In this document: positions 39,342-50,654 of the stretch, in pieces
Position numbering within the stretch: position 1 is the first letter of the stretch
Layout: the number at the start of each line of letters is the position of its first letter
Source of the DNA: Ignavibacteriota bacterium
Lineage (GTDB): Bacteria; Bacteroidota; Ignavibacteria; UBA10030
Direction: 5' to 3'
NCBI GenBank assembly: GCA_963701295.1
Contig: OY969585.1
Span: 3,328,001 to 3,392,000 of the forward strand
DNA length: 64,000 bases
Made by a program: the position numbers and the translations under genes
Notes under the pieces: generated by a model
The model's input: only the letters and a program-made list of their open reading frames with translations
Told to the model about the DNA's origin: nothing
The model's database searches: none

Positions 39342-41102
39342 ATGAGGCCTCTTCTCCGCCTTAAACCATATATCGTTCGTTATAAAAAGACGCTTCTTTT
39401 CGGACTGTTAACAGTCATCGGCAGCAACGTTTTTACTATTGTCCAACCGATGTTCCTTGGTAAGGCTGTGGATGAGTTGAAGCGCGGCATCGAAATGCGC
39501 ACATTCGTCTCTAGCGATTTACTCATGTGGGCTGGACTCATCGTTGGTTTTGCACTGATCGCCGGTACGTTCACGTTCTTAACGCGTCAGACAATTATTG
39601 TCGTATCGCGGCATATCGAATATGATTTACGTAACGATTTTCTCTCTCATCTTCAGAGGTTATCGCATTCATATTTCCAGAACAAGCCAACTGGCGATTT
39701 AATGGCGCATGCTACCAATGACATCAGTGCTGTGCGAAATGTCGTTGGCCCTGGAATCATGTATCCATCCGATACAATCATCACACTGACATTCGTTCTG
39801 TTCATGATGTTTATGAGTGATTGGCAGCTCACATTGTTAGCACTTATTCCCATGCCGCTTGTGTCATTTGCCGTGTACAAACTCAGTAAATTTGTGAATA
39901 AGATATTTACAGAACGCCAAGAACAATTTTCACTCCTCACAACTCAAGCTCAAGAGACTCTTTCCGGCGTTCGTGTCGTGAGAGCATATGTCCGGGAAAC
40001 ATACGAGGAAGAACGATTCCGTAAACTCAGTTATGAATATCTCAAGAAGAACCTTGTTCTCGCAAAAGTACAATCGATCATGTGGCCCTTAATGTTTGTG
40101 CTCATCGGCTTTTCACTTGTCATCACAATTTACTTTGGCGGACTCAAAGTGATCGACGGGCAAATGACGATAGGCACACTTACCGCTTTCACAGCCTATC
40201 TCGGCATGCTCATCTGGCCTATGATTGCCTTCGGCTGGGTTGCCAATTTATTGCAGCAAGGCGCCGCCTCAATGGGTCGCTTGGCAACCATTATGGATTC
40301 TGAGCCTGAGATTAAAGACATTGAAACGACAAACCATTCAATTGAGAATATTCATGGTACTATCGAATTCCGCAATGTTTCATTTATGCATAAGAATGCT
40401 GCTCAGCCGACATTGAAGAACATCAATCTCAAAATTAAATCCGGAATGACGGTTGCAGTCGTTGGCTATACGGGAACAGGAAAATCCACTCTTATAAATC
40501 TCATTCCACGGCTCTATGATATTACAGGAGGCGACTTGTTGATTGACGGAATTGACATCCGAAAGATTCCACTAGAAATCCTGCGTTCCAATATCGGCTT
40601 CGTCCCTCAAGAAACATTTCTCTTCTCAGAAACGATTGCAGAAAATATTCGATACGGTGTTGACAGTCATAACGAAGTAGATTTAAACATGGCTGCAGAG
40701 ATATCCCAGATTGCAAAAGAGGTGACGGAATTCCCAAACCGATATGAAACTATGATCGGTGAACGAGGAATCACTCTTTCCGGTGGACAGAAACAACGGT
40801 CCAGCATCGCGCGTGCCATTATGCGCAATCCAAAGATACTGATTCTTGATGATGCCTTATCAGCTGTTGACACATATACTGAGGAAAAGATTCTCCATCG
40901 CTTACGTGAATATATGAAAGGCCGTACAAGCATTATTATCAGTCACCGCATATCGACTGTGAAAGATGCTGATTTGATCGTCGTCCTCCAGAATGGTGAA
41001 ATTGTTGAACGCGGAACTCACAACGAATTGGTGGAAATCAACGGCATTTATGCCGATCTACATGAGAAACAGCTTTTGGAACAGCAATTGGAAGAAATGT
41101 AG
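39342..41102 (+). CDS. Heterodimeric ABC exporter half (MdlA/YheI-like)
   Basis: TMD plus GYTGTGKS, LSGGQKQR, degenerate ILDD. Confidence 0.92.
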   Translation: MRPLLRLKPYIVRYKKTLLFGLLTVIGSNVFTIVQPMFLGKAVDELKRGIEMRTFVSSDLLMWAGLIVGFALIAGTFTFLTRQTIIVVSRHIEYDLRNDFLSHLQRLSHSYFQNKPTGDLMAHATNDISAVRNVVGPGIMYPSDTIITLTFVLFMMFMSDWQLTLLALIPMPLVSFAVYKLSKFVNKIFTERQEQFSLLTTQAQETLSGVRVVRAYVRETYEEERFRKLSYEYLKKNLVLAKVQSIMWPLMFVLIGFSLVITIYFGGLKVIDGQMTIGTLTAFTAYLGMLIWPMIAFGWVANLLQQGAASMGRLATIMDSEPEIKDIETTNHSIENIHGTIEFRNVSFMHKNAAQPTLKNINLKIKSGMTVAVVGYTGTGKSTLINLIPRLYDITGGDLLIDGIDIRKIPLEILRSNIGFVPQETFLFSETIAENIRYGVDSHNEVDLNMAAEISQIAKEVTEFPNRYETMIGERGITLSGGQKQRSSIARAIMRNPKILILDDALSAVDTYTEEKILHRLREYMKGRTSIIISHRISTVKDADLIVVLQNGEIVERGTHNELVEINGIYADLHEKQLLEQQLEEM

Positions 41103-41108
41103 ACGAAT

Positions 41109-42914
41109 ATGCACGAAGAGGAAGTCTTAGGAAAAGCATATGATGCTCGGCTGATGCGGAGACTTATTAAGTATCTAAAGCCGTACCACTGGCACGTCGC
41201 TTTCGGGATCGTTCTCAGCCTGCTTGTCAGTGCAATGGAAGCAGTGCGTCCATACTTCACCAAGATTGCTGTGGACACTAACATTGCCCAGAACGACAAA
41301 CAAGGCTTGCTCATAACGACTGCAATATTCTTGTCAGTCATGGTCGTGCGGGGATTCATCCAATATGCCAACGCCTACCTGACACAATGGATCGGGCAAC
41401 GCACTATCTTCGACCTCCGGATGGAAGTCTTCCAGCACCTCCAACGGCTATCATTGAAATTCTACGACCAGAATCCCATCGGCAGACTTATCACTCGCCT
41501 CACTAACGATGTAGAAGTACTCAACGAAATGTTTTCCTCAGGCATCGTTATGGTCTTCAGCGATGTCTTTACCATTATCGGCATATTCTACTTCATGTTT
41601 ACAATGAATTGGAAATTAGCACTCGTTACACTGAGTGTACTGCCATTCCTTTTCTATGGCACATTTCTCTTCCGCAAAAAAGCAAGAGAAACCTACCGAG
41701 ATGTTCGCATACAAATTGCACGTATTAACACGTTCATGCAGGAACACATCACCGGCATGCTGGTGGACCAAATATTTAATCGTGAGAAGAAATCGTACAC
41801 AAAGTTCACCAACATCAATGCCGCACATCGTGATGCAAATATCAGATCTATTTTCTATTATGCAGTTTTCTACCCGAGCGTAGACTTAATCGGTGCAATT
41901 GCTGTAGGCCTCATCATCTGGTATGCCGGGCATAATGCACTCGAAGGCATCGTAACAGTCGGAACCGTCATGGCATTTGTTCAGTTTAATGAAATGTTCT
42001 GGCGTCCAATCCGTGATCTCTCAGAGAAATACAATATCCTGCAAACTGCTATGGCATCTTCAGAACGACTCTTTCAATTATTGGATGACAAGACGACTTT
42101 GAATATCCGCCTGAACCCGCAACGTTTGGAACACGTCCGCGGCGACATTGAATTTCGTAATGTCTGGTTTGCCTACAATCCGCCTTCCGATGGAACACAA
42201 TCACCGGAATGGATTTTAAGAAACGTCTCTTTTTCTATCAAACAGGGGCAGAAAGTTGCCATTGTCGGACATACTGGTGCAGGAAAAACAACTATCATCA
42301 ACATCCTCAGTCGATTTTATGACATCCAACAAGGGGAGATTTTCATTGATGGCATAAATATCCAAAATGTTCATCCACACGATCTTCGCAAACACATCGC
42401 TGTGGTTCTGCAGGATGTATTTCTCTTTTCTGGTGATATTCAGAACAATATCCATCTGGGTGATGAAAAGATTTCTCAAGATCGAGTAAAAGCCGCCGCT
42501 CGTATGGTTGGAGCGAATAGATTTATTGAAGCACTGCCGAATACGTACAACGCTGAAGTCAAGGAACGAGGGGCAACATTGTCGGTCGGACAGAAGCAGT
42601 TACTCTCTTTCGCGCGCGCGCTCGCATTCAATCCTCGCATCCTTATCCTCGATGAAGCAACGTCCAGTGTAGACACGGAAACCGAATTACTGATTCAGCA
42701 AGCAATTAAGAAAATGCTGGTTGGACGTACATCTATTGTCATTGCACACCGGCTTTCAACCATTCAAAGTGCCGACAAAATCATCGTTCTCCACAAAGGT
42801 GAAATCCGCGAGATGGGCAATCATCAGGAATTGCTGGCACTCAATGGCATCTATCGCAAACTGTATGAACTTCAATACAAAGATCAAGAAACCAAAACAC
42901 CAAGGCAATCTTGA
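41109..42914 (+). CDS. Heterodimeric ABC exporter half (MdlB/YheH-like)
   Basis: TMD plus GHTGAGKT, LSVGQKQL, ILDEAT. Confidence 0.92.
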   Translation: MHEEEVLGKAYDARLMRRLIKYLKPYHWHVAFGIVLSLLVSAMEAVRPYFTKIAVDTNIAQNDKQGLLITTAIFLSVMVVRGFIQYANAYLTQWIGQRTIFDLRMEVFQHLQRLSLKFYDQNPIGRLITRLTNDVEVLNEMFSSGIVMVFSDVFTIIGIFYFMFTMNWKLALVTLSVLPFLFYGTFLFRKKARETYRDVRIQIARINTFMQEHITGMLVDQIFNREKKSYTKFTNINAAHRDANIRSIFYYAVFYPSVDLIGAIAVGLIIWYAGHNALEGIVTVGTVMAFVQFNEMFWRPIRDLSEKYNILQTAMASSERLFQLLDDKTTLNIRLNPQRLEHVRGDIEFRNVWFAYNPPSDGTQSPEWILRNVSFSIKQGQKVAIVGHTGAGKTTIINILSRFYDIQQGEIFIDGINIQNVHPHDLRKHIAVVLQDVFLFSGDIQNNIHLGDEKISQDRVKAAARMVGANRFIEALPNTYNAEVKERGATLSVGQKQLLSFARALAFNPRILILDEATSSVDTETELLIQQAIKKMLVGRTSIVIAHRLSTIQSADKIIVLHKGEIREMGNHQELLALNGIYRKLYELQYKDQETKTPRQS

Positions 42915-42989
42915 CAAACAATTGTATTGCATGCAAATCGCGACAGACTTTTCTAAATTCATCCAGAATGATTTATTAAATTATAAGCA

Positions 42990-43583
42990 ATGATAGAAGA
43001 TCAACCTGTAACCGAAGGTACATTCGTCGTTGTTGACGTTGAGACTACCGGGCTTAGTCCAATGGAAGACCGCATCACAGAAATCGCTATGATGAAGGTG
43101 AAAAACGGCGTTTTGCAGGATGAGTTTTCGACGTTGATCAATCCACTTGTGACCATCCCTGCTTCCATCACAAACCTAACTGGCATTGACAATCTGATGG
43201 TAGTGGATGCACCGACCGCACGGGAGGTGGCGCCAACTATTGCAGACTTTTTGGGAGATGCAGTGTTTGTTGCTCACAATGCACCATTCGATTGGGGATT
43301 TGTCTCTGAGACAGCGATGCGTGAACGAGGTATTGAGCTTTCTAATCGGCAATTATGTACGGTCAAGTTAAGCAGAAGGATTCTGCCACATTTAACAAGT
43401 AAATCGCTTGGTCCGGTCACTTCTGCCTTGAATATCAAAATCCCTGAACGGCACCGCGCATCAGGAGATGCATACGCAACCGCATTAGTACTAGTGAAAT
43501 TTCTTTCTTATCTCCAGCGTAAACATGACATTCATATGATGAGCGAATTGCTTCGTTTTCAGAATGGTTGGTCGCCCCCGTGA
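42990..43583 (+). CDS. DnaQ-like DEDDh 3'-5' exonuclease
   Basis: DVETTG, AHNAPFD, HRASGDA. Confidence 0.92.
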   Translation: MIEDQPVTEGTFVVVDVETTGLSPMEDRITEIAMMKVKNGVLQDEFSTLINPLVTIPASITNLTGIDNLMVVDAPTAREVAPTIADFLGDAVFVAHNAPFDWGFVSETAMRERGIELSNRQLCTVKLSRRILPHLTSKSLGPVTSALNIKIPERHRASGDAYATALVLVKFLSYLQRKHDIHMMSELLRFQNGWSPP

Positions 43584-43617
43584 CTATCAAGATAGAACAA
43601 GCTTTTTCTTATTCTTC

Positions 43618-45057
43618 CTACTCCACCTGCTCAACATTAATTGTATCGGTTGTTCCCTTTGCCAGTAACGGCAGGCCGGCAGTGAAGACAACAAAGTCTC
43701 CCTTTTCGACATATCCTTCCAATTTAAGCCGCTCAATAATTTTTTTGAATGCAGTATCTTGATTGTGGATAAACTCATGGCTTTCAATTCCATGCACACC
43801 CCAAACGAGGTTCAGCTGACGAAGAATTCTTTCCTGACCTGTAACAGTGATGATCCTCGCTTCAGGCCGATATTTACTAATCCGTATTGCCGTTGCGCCT
43901 GAATGCGTAATCGGAACAATCGCAGTTGCATGAACCTGCCGAGCCAATACGCATGCTGCCCGTGCCACTGCATCAAAGACATTCTCCTGTATTTCTGCCG
44001 GCACCTGTTTAATTCCGAGGTGATCGTGCTTCCGCATTTCTGAGCGCTTAATGATATTATCCATCGTGTGCACTGTCTCAATCGGATATTTTCCAACAGA
44101 TGTTTCAGCGCTAAGCATGACAGCGTCTGCGCCATCGAGCACTGCATTGGCAACATCACTTGCTTCTGCTCGTGTTGGCCGCGGATTTTCAATCATCGAT
44201 TCGAGCATTTGCGTAGCGATAATGACGGGGACACCAGCTTCATTACATTTCCGCACGATCATTTTTTGAAGAATCGGCACGTCTTCCGGCATCATTTCCA
44301 CACCGAGATCACCGCGAGCAACCATAATAGCATCGCTTTCACCAATAATTGCATCGATGGAATCGATGGCTTCTTTCATTTCGATCTTTGCTATTATTGG
44401 TATCTTCAAACTTGTCTGCTGCTGAATGACAGACCGAAGATGCCGCAGATCATCTGCAGAACGCACAAATGAAAGTGCCACATAATCAATGTCGTGCGTC
44501 AAACCAAACTTCAAATCCTCTATGTCTTTTTCTGTCAACGATGGTGTGCTCAGCTTCACACCGGGAAGGTTCATGCCTTTATTTTCTTTTAGAATACCGC
44601 CTGTGACAACAACACATTCTACATCTGCTGTTGTCTTGGATACTACCCGAACCGCAAGATTACCGTCATCCAATAAAATAACATCGCCTTCCTTGACGTC
44701 CTGTGGCAACTCCCGGTACGTCGTTGATACTCGCTTCTCATTTCCCACAATATCGTCAATCGTGAAGAATATTTTTTCGCCTTCTTTTAATTCAACCTGC
44801 TTATTCTTTAATTTGCCTGTGCGGATCTTCGGACCACAGAGATCCTGTAAAATTGCGACATGCTCGCTGGTTCGCTTGCTTGCTTCCCGTGCATTTCGAA
44901 TCGCTGTCAAATGATCATCGTGCGTTCCATGGGAGAAATTCAATCTCGCAACATCCATTCCGGCATCAATCAATTCCACCATCCGATCAACACTTTGCGA
45001 TACAGGCCCGATCGTGCAAATGATTTTTGTTTTAGCAAATGTCTTTTTATCTCTCAT
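43618..45057 (-). CDS. pyk: Pyruvate kinase
   Basis: TKIICTIGP, RLNFSHG, MVARGDLG, ATQMLESM. Confidence 0.97.
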   Translation of the reverse strand: MRDKKTFAKTKIICTIGPVSQSVDRMVELIDAGMDVARLNFSHGTHDDHLTAIRNAREASKRTSEHVAILQDLCGPKIRTGKLKNKQVELKEGEKIFFTIDDIVGNEKRVSTTYRELPQDVKEGDVILLDDGNLAVRVVSKTTADVECVVVTGGILKENKGMNLPGVKLSTPSLTEKDIEDLKFGLTHDIDYVALSFVRSADDLRHLRSVIQQQTSLKIPIIAKIEMKEAIDSIDAIIGESDAIMVARGDLGVEMMPEDVPILQKMIVRKCNEAGVPVIIATQMLESMIENPRPTRAEASDVANAVLDGADAVMLSAETSVGKYPIETVHTMDNIIKRSEMRKHDHLGIKQVPAEIQENVFDAVARAACVLARQVHATAIVPITHSGATAIRISKYRPEARIITVTGQERILRQLNLVWGVHGIESHEFIHNQDTAFKKIIERLKLEGYVEKGDFVVFTAGLPLLAKGTTDTINVEQVE

Positions 45058-45803
45058 ATATATTTTCTCGTTTCTTCCAATATGGTTATGAGCTGTGGCA
45101 GTACTTCTCCTGCTTTACCTAAAAGAGTTTCATTAACTGTAGGTGATACTTCTGTCGGCTCGGTGTTCACTTCTACAACATAGGCGCCTTGATTCCTTGC
45201 AGTCATCGGAAGACCAGCAGCCGGATATACCACTGCTGACGTACCGATAGTAAGAAATAATTCGCACTGACGTGCTGCCTCTGTTGCCGCTTCAAAAACA
45301 CCTTCCGGCAGCATCTCTCCAAACCACACAACATCAGGGCGAATAAGCCCATTGCAGAACGAACATCTCGGCACTTTCTTCTCCGTTGTGACTTCGACAT
45401 TCTCTACAAATTTTCCGCAGTCAATGCAATAGCTGCGTTCAATATTGCCGTGGAGCTCGAGTACTTTTTTGCTTCCTGCACGAAAATGCAGATTATCAAC
45501 ATTCTGTGTTACGAGCGTGAATACCTTCACAAGTTCTTCTAATCGTACAAGTGCGTAGTGCGCAGGGTTCGGTTTCACATCATGAACAATTTGTCTTCGG
45601 TAGTTATACCATTCCCAAACCAACTCCGGATTGCGCATAAATGCGTCAAAATTGGCAAGTTCTTCTGGCTTCAACTTTGACCACAAACCATCTACTCCGC
45701 GAAATGTCGCTACACCGCTTTCTGCAGAAATCCCAGCGCCGGTTAAGACGCTTATCGACTCTACTCGTTGAAGTAGAGATCGAAGTTTATTGGAAATCGT
45801 CAT
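45054..45803 (-). CDS. cobB: Sirtuin NAD-dependent deacylase
   Basis: GAGISAESG, TQNVD, HG, Zn cysteines, RPDVVWFGE. Confidence 0.95.
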   Translation of the reverse strand: MTISNKLRSLLQRVESISVLTGAGISAESGVATFRGVDGLWSKLKPEELANFDAFMRNPELVWEWYNYRRQIVHDVKPNPAHYALVRLEELVKVFTLVTQNVDNLHFRAGSKKVLELHGNIERSYCIDCGKFVENVEVTTEKKVPRCSFCNGLIRPDVVWFGEMLPEGVFEAATEAARQCELFLTIGTSAVVYPAAGLPMTARNQGAYVVEVNTEPTEVSPTVNETLLGKAGEVLPQLITILEETRKYI

Positions 45804-48217
45804 GGAATTGGTTTCAGTGTTAAAACATCACGGCAAGTTGATTCTACTACAGACTTTTGCATCGGTCTTGTTTTATAACCACCGTTTAGCCAGAGCATAA
45901 CTTGATTCTTATAATACCTTGTAAAGATTTGACCGGATTGGCCCGGAGGAAGAACCGTGCGCGTGTCATTGATATCGGCTAGATCGAATATTTGCCGCAT
46001 CGACGGTCCTACAGCACTTTCATATGGATGGGCAAGAAAATACTGTCCGACATTGACTGTTGCATGCGATCCCCCGACAGGAAACGGACCGACATTGAAG
46101 AAGCCGGCTAGTAATTTGTTCACACCAAACACATGCCCAAAGGTCACTGTGTGCAGCCTTCCCCACTGCCATTCTTTGAGTTCACCGCCCAGGCGCGTTT
46201 TCAGATCGCTCAATGCATCTGAGACACTTTTCCGTATACAATCATCCCTTGTTTCGCGTTCAGGCGTTTTCCAATCGTCAAACCACTCCGAATTCGGATT
46301 CTTTAACAAATGAGATAACGCTGAGAGCGGTGTGCTTGCAAGTGTATCGTACAAACTGTACAGTCGGTCGCCCATTTTGTTATGAAAAATATTGTAAACT
46401 AATTTGGTTACAGTAGCTTGGAAGAGTGTCGTACTCACATCTTCTTTCCTCATCTCAAAAGTCCAGGTACGAAAATATTCCAGCATTGTTTTCAGATTAG
46501 GATCTGTCACTGCAACACTATCGTACGCATGGAGAATGTACGGCACAAGTTCACGTGCTTGTGTCGACAAAAGATCGAATTGAAGCCGTTGAATATCTTC
46601 CATCGTGAATTTTTCCTGCTCACGAAGCACTTCACTAATACGGATCGACCGCCATGGCGATTCCCAGTGGTTGGAGACATAGTACGGATAGGAATCGTCG
46701 ATAATTTTATTATTCGCTGTAGCGATAAATCCTTCCGGAGGATTGAAAACATGCGGCATCTGAATGAAAGGAACAAATCCTTTCCAGTCATATTCATCAG
46801 TCCATCCGGGGAAAGGCAGTGTTGGCCCTTTCGTTTTTCTAATAGGCAGTCTGCCACCTGTGCGATATCCGATGTTCCCATCGACATCCGCATAAACAAA
46901 ATTCTGTGCAGGCACGGCAAATAATTTCAATGCTTCCTGAAATTCTTGCCAGTTGGATGCTTTGCTCATGCGATAGAAGGCACCCGCCTCATTCGAGATT
47001 TCATACCCTATCCAATGCATGGAAATAAGTGATGTAAGAGATTGTGCCGTTGGTTCCATTTTATTTACAATGGGACCGCGGTGTGTACTATAAATAGAAA
47101 TTACTACCGGCAGCGATCCCTTGACGATAATAGTATCAATCAATTCGAGAATCGGCCGCCATTCATTATTGAATTTGTAGCGCGTGGGATGATTGAGGGA
47201 ATCGACCTCTTCAAAATAATAATCGTTATCATCTACCATCGCGTTTGCGACACCCCACGCTATGTGTTGATTCCTTCCTGCAACAACAAATGGAACACCG
47301 GGAATCGACATTCCAGCGACATCAAATGTTGGTGCTGCAATATGGATTTCATACCATCGTCCCGGCGACATCAGCAAGAGGTGCGGATCGTTCGCAAGAA
47401 TCGGTTTGCCTGTTACAGATTTTTTTTCGGACACGGCCCACGCATTACTTCCGGATTCAAGGGCATGGAAACCCAGAAGCGAACGATATTCCCCTTCTGC
47501 ATCAAACAATGGACGGAGATCATTGGCGATAGATTTCCCTTTTAGCTCTTTGGGGATAATAAAAGGTGCATCTTCCGGCCAATATGGAAATATTTCTTTC
47601 GCCTTTTCTTCTCCAAATCGCTGCACTAGTTCAGCAAGGAGTAAATCCACCCACCGCGAATAGTTGAGTTCCCATGCCATTAACCGGCTGACGAGGAGCG
47701 AATGTTCGACGGTCCATGGCTCCGGTTCGATATTCAACATGTCGAACTCAATCGGGTATTTGCCGGTGTGCGTGGAAACAAATTGATTCACACCATCAGC
47801 ATATGCCTGCAATGCTTTTCGTGTGTCTTCATCAATGAACTGAGAAAGTTTCTGCGCGTGCCTCCAAAGACCAAGTGTCCGAAACATCTTATCTATTTTC
47901 AACGTCGGTTTGCCCAGCACTTCAGATAAACGGCCGGAACCAGTCCTTCGCATCAAATCCATCTGCCATAACCGATCTTGTGCGTGCGTGTACCCAACCG
48001 TAAAGAAAGCATCATACTCTGATTGAGCACTAATATGAGGAACGCCATATTCATCGCGATAAACTTTTACCTCATGCGTAAGTCCTTGTACTCGTATAGT
48101 ACCTGAAATCTTTGGAAATGATCGTGTTACCAGATAATAGCCAATCACTCCCACGGCGAGCATAATAATTATGATCGTTGCAACAGTTCCGATAATTCCT
48201 TTTTGTGTGATTCGCAT
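45800..48217 (-). CDS. Penicillin acylase (Ntn-hydrolase) family protein
   Basis: RDEYGVPHI, AQDRLWQM, GSNAW, ANDPHL, PGQSG. Confidence 0.92.
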   Translation of the reverse strand: MRITQKGIIGTVATIIIIMLAVGVIGYYLVTRSFPKISGTIRVQGLTHEVKVYRDEYGVPHISAQSEYDAFFTVGYTHAQDRLWQMDLMRRTGSGRLSEVLGKPTLKIDKMFRTLGLWRHAQKLSQFIDEDTRKALQAYADGVNQFVSTHTGKYPIEFDMLNIEPEPWTVEHSLLVSRLMAWELNYSRWVDLLLAELVQRFGEEKAKEIFPYWPEDAPFIIPKELKGKSIANDLRPLFDAEGEYRSLLGFHALESGSNAWAVSEKKSVTGKPILANDPHLLLMSPGRWYEIHIAAPTFDVAGMSIPGVPFVVAGRNQHIAWGVANAMVDDNDYYFEEVDSLNHPTRYKFNNEWRPILELIDTIIVKGSLPVVISIYSTHRGPIVNKMEPTAQSLTSLISMHWIGYEISNEAGAFYRMSKASNWQEFQEALKLFAVPAQNFVYADVDGNIGYRTGGRLPIRKTKGPTLPFPGWTDEYDWKGFVPFIQMPHVFNPPEGFIATANNKIIDDSYPYYVSNHWESPWRSIRISEVLREQEKFTMEDIQRLQFDLLSTQARELVPYILHAYDSVAVTDPNLKTMLEYFRTWTFEMRKEDVSTTLFQATVTKLVYNIFHNKMGDRLYSLYDTLASTPLSALSHLLKNPNSEWFDDWKTPERETRDDCIRKSVSDALSDLKTRLGGELKEWQWGRLHTVTFGHVFGVNKLLAGFFNVGPFPVGGSHATVNVGQYFLAHPYESAVGPSMRQIFDLADINDTRTVLPPGQSGQIFTRYYKNQVMLWLNGGYKTRPMQKSVVESTCRDVLTLKPIP

Positions 48218-48315
48218 GAATGATCCCTGCGTATACAATAAAAATTCCGTCCTGATTGATTAAATCAATCATGACGGAATTAATGTAAGCAAACTTAAAA
48301 AGCAGTGCAACTCGG

Positions 48316-49749
48316 CTAAAATCGGTAGGACAGTGTCAGATTAAGGTTACTGGTAGTAACCGTTTCATCAGTTCCTGCATCATACGTAATACCAGATACA
48401 GTATATGAATAGTTTGTTCGGAGGGTTTTCCACGTTCCATAAGCATACGCAGCATTAAGAACAGTTCGCTCATCAAGCTGCAGTCCAATGCCTCCGGTAT
48501 AATATAATTGATCTCGACTGCTTGGATCACCTTTCCATGGAGATGGATTGTCAATGATTCCGCCACGGAGCTTCAAGCCTAAGCTAAATAGCGAGACTTC
48601 AATTCCCCCTCGAAGATTGGTTGTGGCTCGCATTTCATTTTTGATCCGAGAATTTTCTTCAATAAGAGCTGCATTGTCCGTATTAAAGTCCATCTGTGTC
48701 CAATCTGTATACTCTACATCCCCTGCTAACAAAAGCCAATCAAGTGGCTGAATTGATATTCCACCACTGAGAACATAAGGTGCAGTAACTTTATAGTGTA
48801 TTGAATTGGCTGTTGAAGGATATTGAAAATAACCAGCACTGTCCGCTTTTAATTGACTCGATAACTGACTTGACGCAGACTCTGTAAACGTTTCAGATAT
48901 ATCATAGACAGTGGCTGTTCGGATAGCAACACCTATCGAATATTTTCCAGGTTTTCTGTACATCAACCCAAAGAGTGCATTGAATCCATTAATATCATCA
49001 TTAATTGTACTCTCATAAGTGAATTGATAAAAATTATTAGGATCGTTTTCGTTTACAGTCTGATCATACGAATATGATCCAGAAGCAAAATTGAGCGAAA
49101 CACCCACAGACAGATTTGGACCAATATCCATTGCGCCACCAAAAGTCCAATGGTTCAATCCGCCTCCTTCCAAAACATTTATAGTTTGTTGTACATTACC
49201 ATTCACAATTGAGACCAACTTTCCACTCATAGTATCGATATTCGCTAAAAATAATTGATAAGGAATATTATTGTCTAAAGGTTGATTGAGTAGACTTGCT
49301 GATTGAGAAAAAGAACTTGAAGGATTAAACGCGTTCATCGAAGCAGTTGTTGTGTAATTTGCTGCTCGGTTAAAACCGAATGCAAATGTCAGGCTCCCCT
49401 GAACCGTTGGAATTGGATAAACTATGCCAAGGTTGTTGAGATTCACCGCGCTATTATCTGAGGACGTTTTCGTTCCGAGATAAGACACATCGTTTGAGTA
49501 ACCAAGTCTTGATAACCCAAAAGAGAATTCATAATCCCGCTCAAGAGCCAGTCCGGCCGGATTCCAGAAGAGTGCAGAATAATCATTCACACCGCCGACA
49601 GTAGCATTACCCATCCCAAGTTCACGGGCTCCGACACCCAATCCAAGCTGCGAATATCGAAGTGCATCTTCTGCAAACTGTGCTTGCGTTATTTGAAGTC
49701 CGATCGTAATGAGGATCGCTAAGCAACATATTTGAGATCTTTTTATCAT
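48316..49749 (-). CDS. FadL/TodX-like outer membrane beta-barrel
   Basis: Signal peptide, GARELGMG...NPAGL, C-terminal YRF. Confidence 0.82.
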   Translation of the reverse strand: MIKRSQICCLAILITIGLQITQAQFAEDALRYSQLGLGVGARELGMGNATVGGVNDYSALFWNPAGLALERDYEFSFGLSRLGYSNDVSYLGTKTSSDNSAVNLNNLGIVYPIPTVQGSLTFAFGFNRAANYTTTASMNAFNPSSSFSQSASLLNQPLDNNIPYQLFLANIDTMSGKLVSIVNGNVQQTINVLEGGGLNHWTFGGAMDIGPNLSVGVSLNFASGSYSYDQTVNENDPNNFYQFTYESTINDDINGFNALFGLMYRKPGKYSIGVAIRTATVYDISETFTESASSQLSSQLKADSAGYFQYPSTANSIHYKVTAPYVLSGGISIQPLDWLLLAGDVEYTDWTQMDFNTDNAALIEENSRIKNEMRATTNLRGGIEVSLFSLGLKLRGGIIDNPSPWKGDPSSRDQLYYTGGIGLQLDERTVLNAAYAYGTWKTLRTNYSYTVSGITYDAGTDETVTTSNLNLTLSYRF

Positions 49750-49785
49750 ACTACTTTACTCCATTCTTTTCTTTCCATTGTCATT

Positions 49786-50604
49786 TTATCGTTGTGATCT
49801 GCCGGAACCGCTGCTATGCTGTCCGCCACCACTATTTCTTTGTGAAGGTGAGCTTTGTGAGCTCCTTGGCGCTGATGCGCTCGAATGCGATTGTCTTACT
49901 CCTGATTGACTGCGACCTTGAGAATTACCACTCCGATGTAAGGTTGTACTTCGACCTCTCGTAATTCCTTTTGAATTGCCTGAATAAGCGGTGCCTCTAC
50001 GATGTGACTTCAATGTGCCAGTACCGCCTAGTTGTGTCCTCGTGCTTGATGCCCGAGGAAGATTGATGCTTCCACCAGTCGATCCAACTCGGCTATTAAC
50101 TATCGTTCCTGTTCCTGCATTTCCATATGATGAGAATCTCCCATCACCGAAGTTTCGCAGATTATTCCCTCCTCTTTGGTAACCGGAGTTACGTGTCATA
50201 AACGAACGATAATAGTTTGAATGTCCATAGCCATATCTTGGATAAGAATCCCAATAACCCCAAGAATGCGGATAATACGCATAGCCTACATAGAACGCAG
50301 GACCCCACCACAGTGGATCCCAGTATGTCGGATAGACACATCCATAATCCCACGCCCAACAAGAACGCCAACCGGGATAATAGTATGAGAATCCGATATA
50401 ATTATGTGGTTGCCAAGTATCATAATCTTCGTAATTCGTACTATCATAGGCAGTGCTGTCGGATCGAACCGGGTTTTGCCCTTCTTGTTCGTAGGAAGAT
50501 TCGTTTTCCCTTATTGTTGCAAACTGCGTATAGCAACCTTGAAAAAGAACCGCCATTAATCCTAAAAATAGCGGAAGCGTGAATAATAATTTGATTGTTT
50601 TCAT
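49786..50604 (-). CDS. Lipoprotein with Tyr/Trp-rich segment and Gly/Ser/Arg tail
   Basis: Lipobox LFQGC-YTQ; GAGG RBS; composition. Confidence 0.75.
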   Translation of the reverse strand: MKTIKLLFTLPLFLGLMAVLFQGCYTQFATIRENESSYEQEGQNPVRSDSTAYDSTNYEDYDTWQPHNYIGFSYYYPGWRSCWAWDYGCVYPTYWDPLWWGPAFYVGYAYYPHSWGYWDSYPRYGYGHSNYYRSFMTRNSGYQRGGNNLRNFGDGRFSSYGNAGTGTIVNSRVGSTGGSINLPRASSTRTQLGGTGTLKSHRRGTAYSGNSKGITRGRSTTLHRSGNSQGRSQSGVRQSHSSASAPRSSQSSPSQRNSGGGQHSSGSGRSQR

Positions 50605-50638
50605 AAATGACCTCATGTATTAGACTCTTATGAATGAC

Positions 50639-50654
50639 TCAAGTTTCTTGCCAG
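50639..50654 (-). promoter_or_regulatory. Near-consensus sigma-54 promoter
   Basis: Minus strand CTGGCAAG-AAAC-TTGA (GG-N10-GA). Confidence 0.4.
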
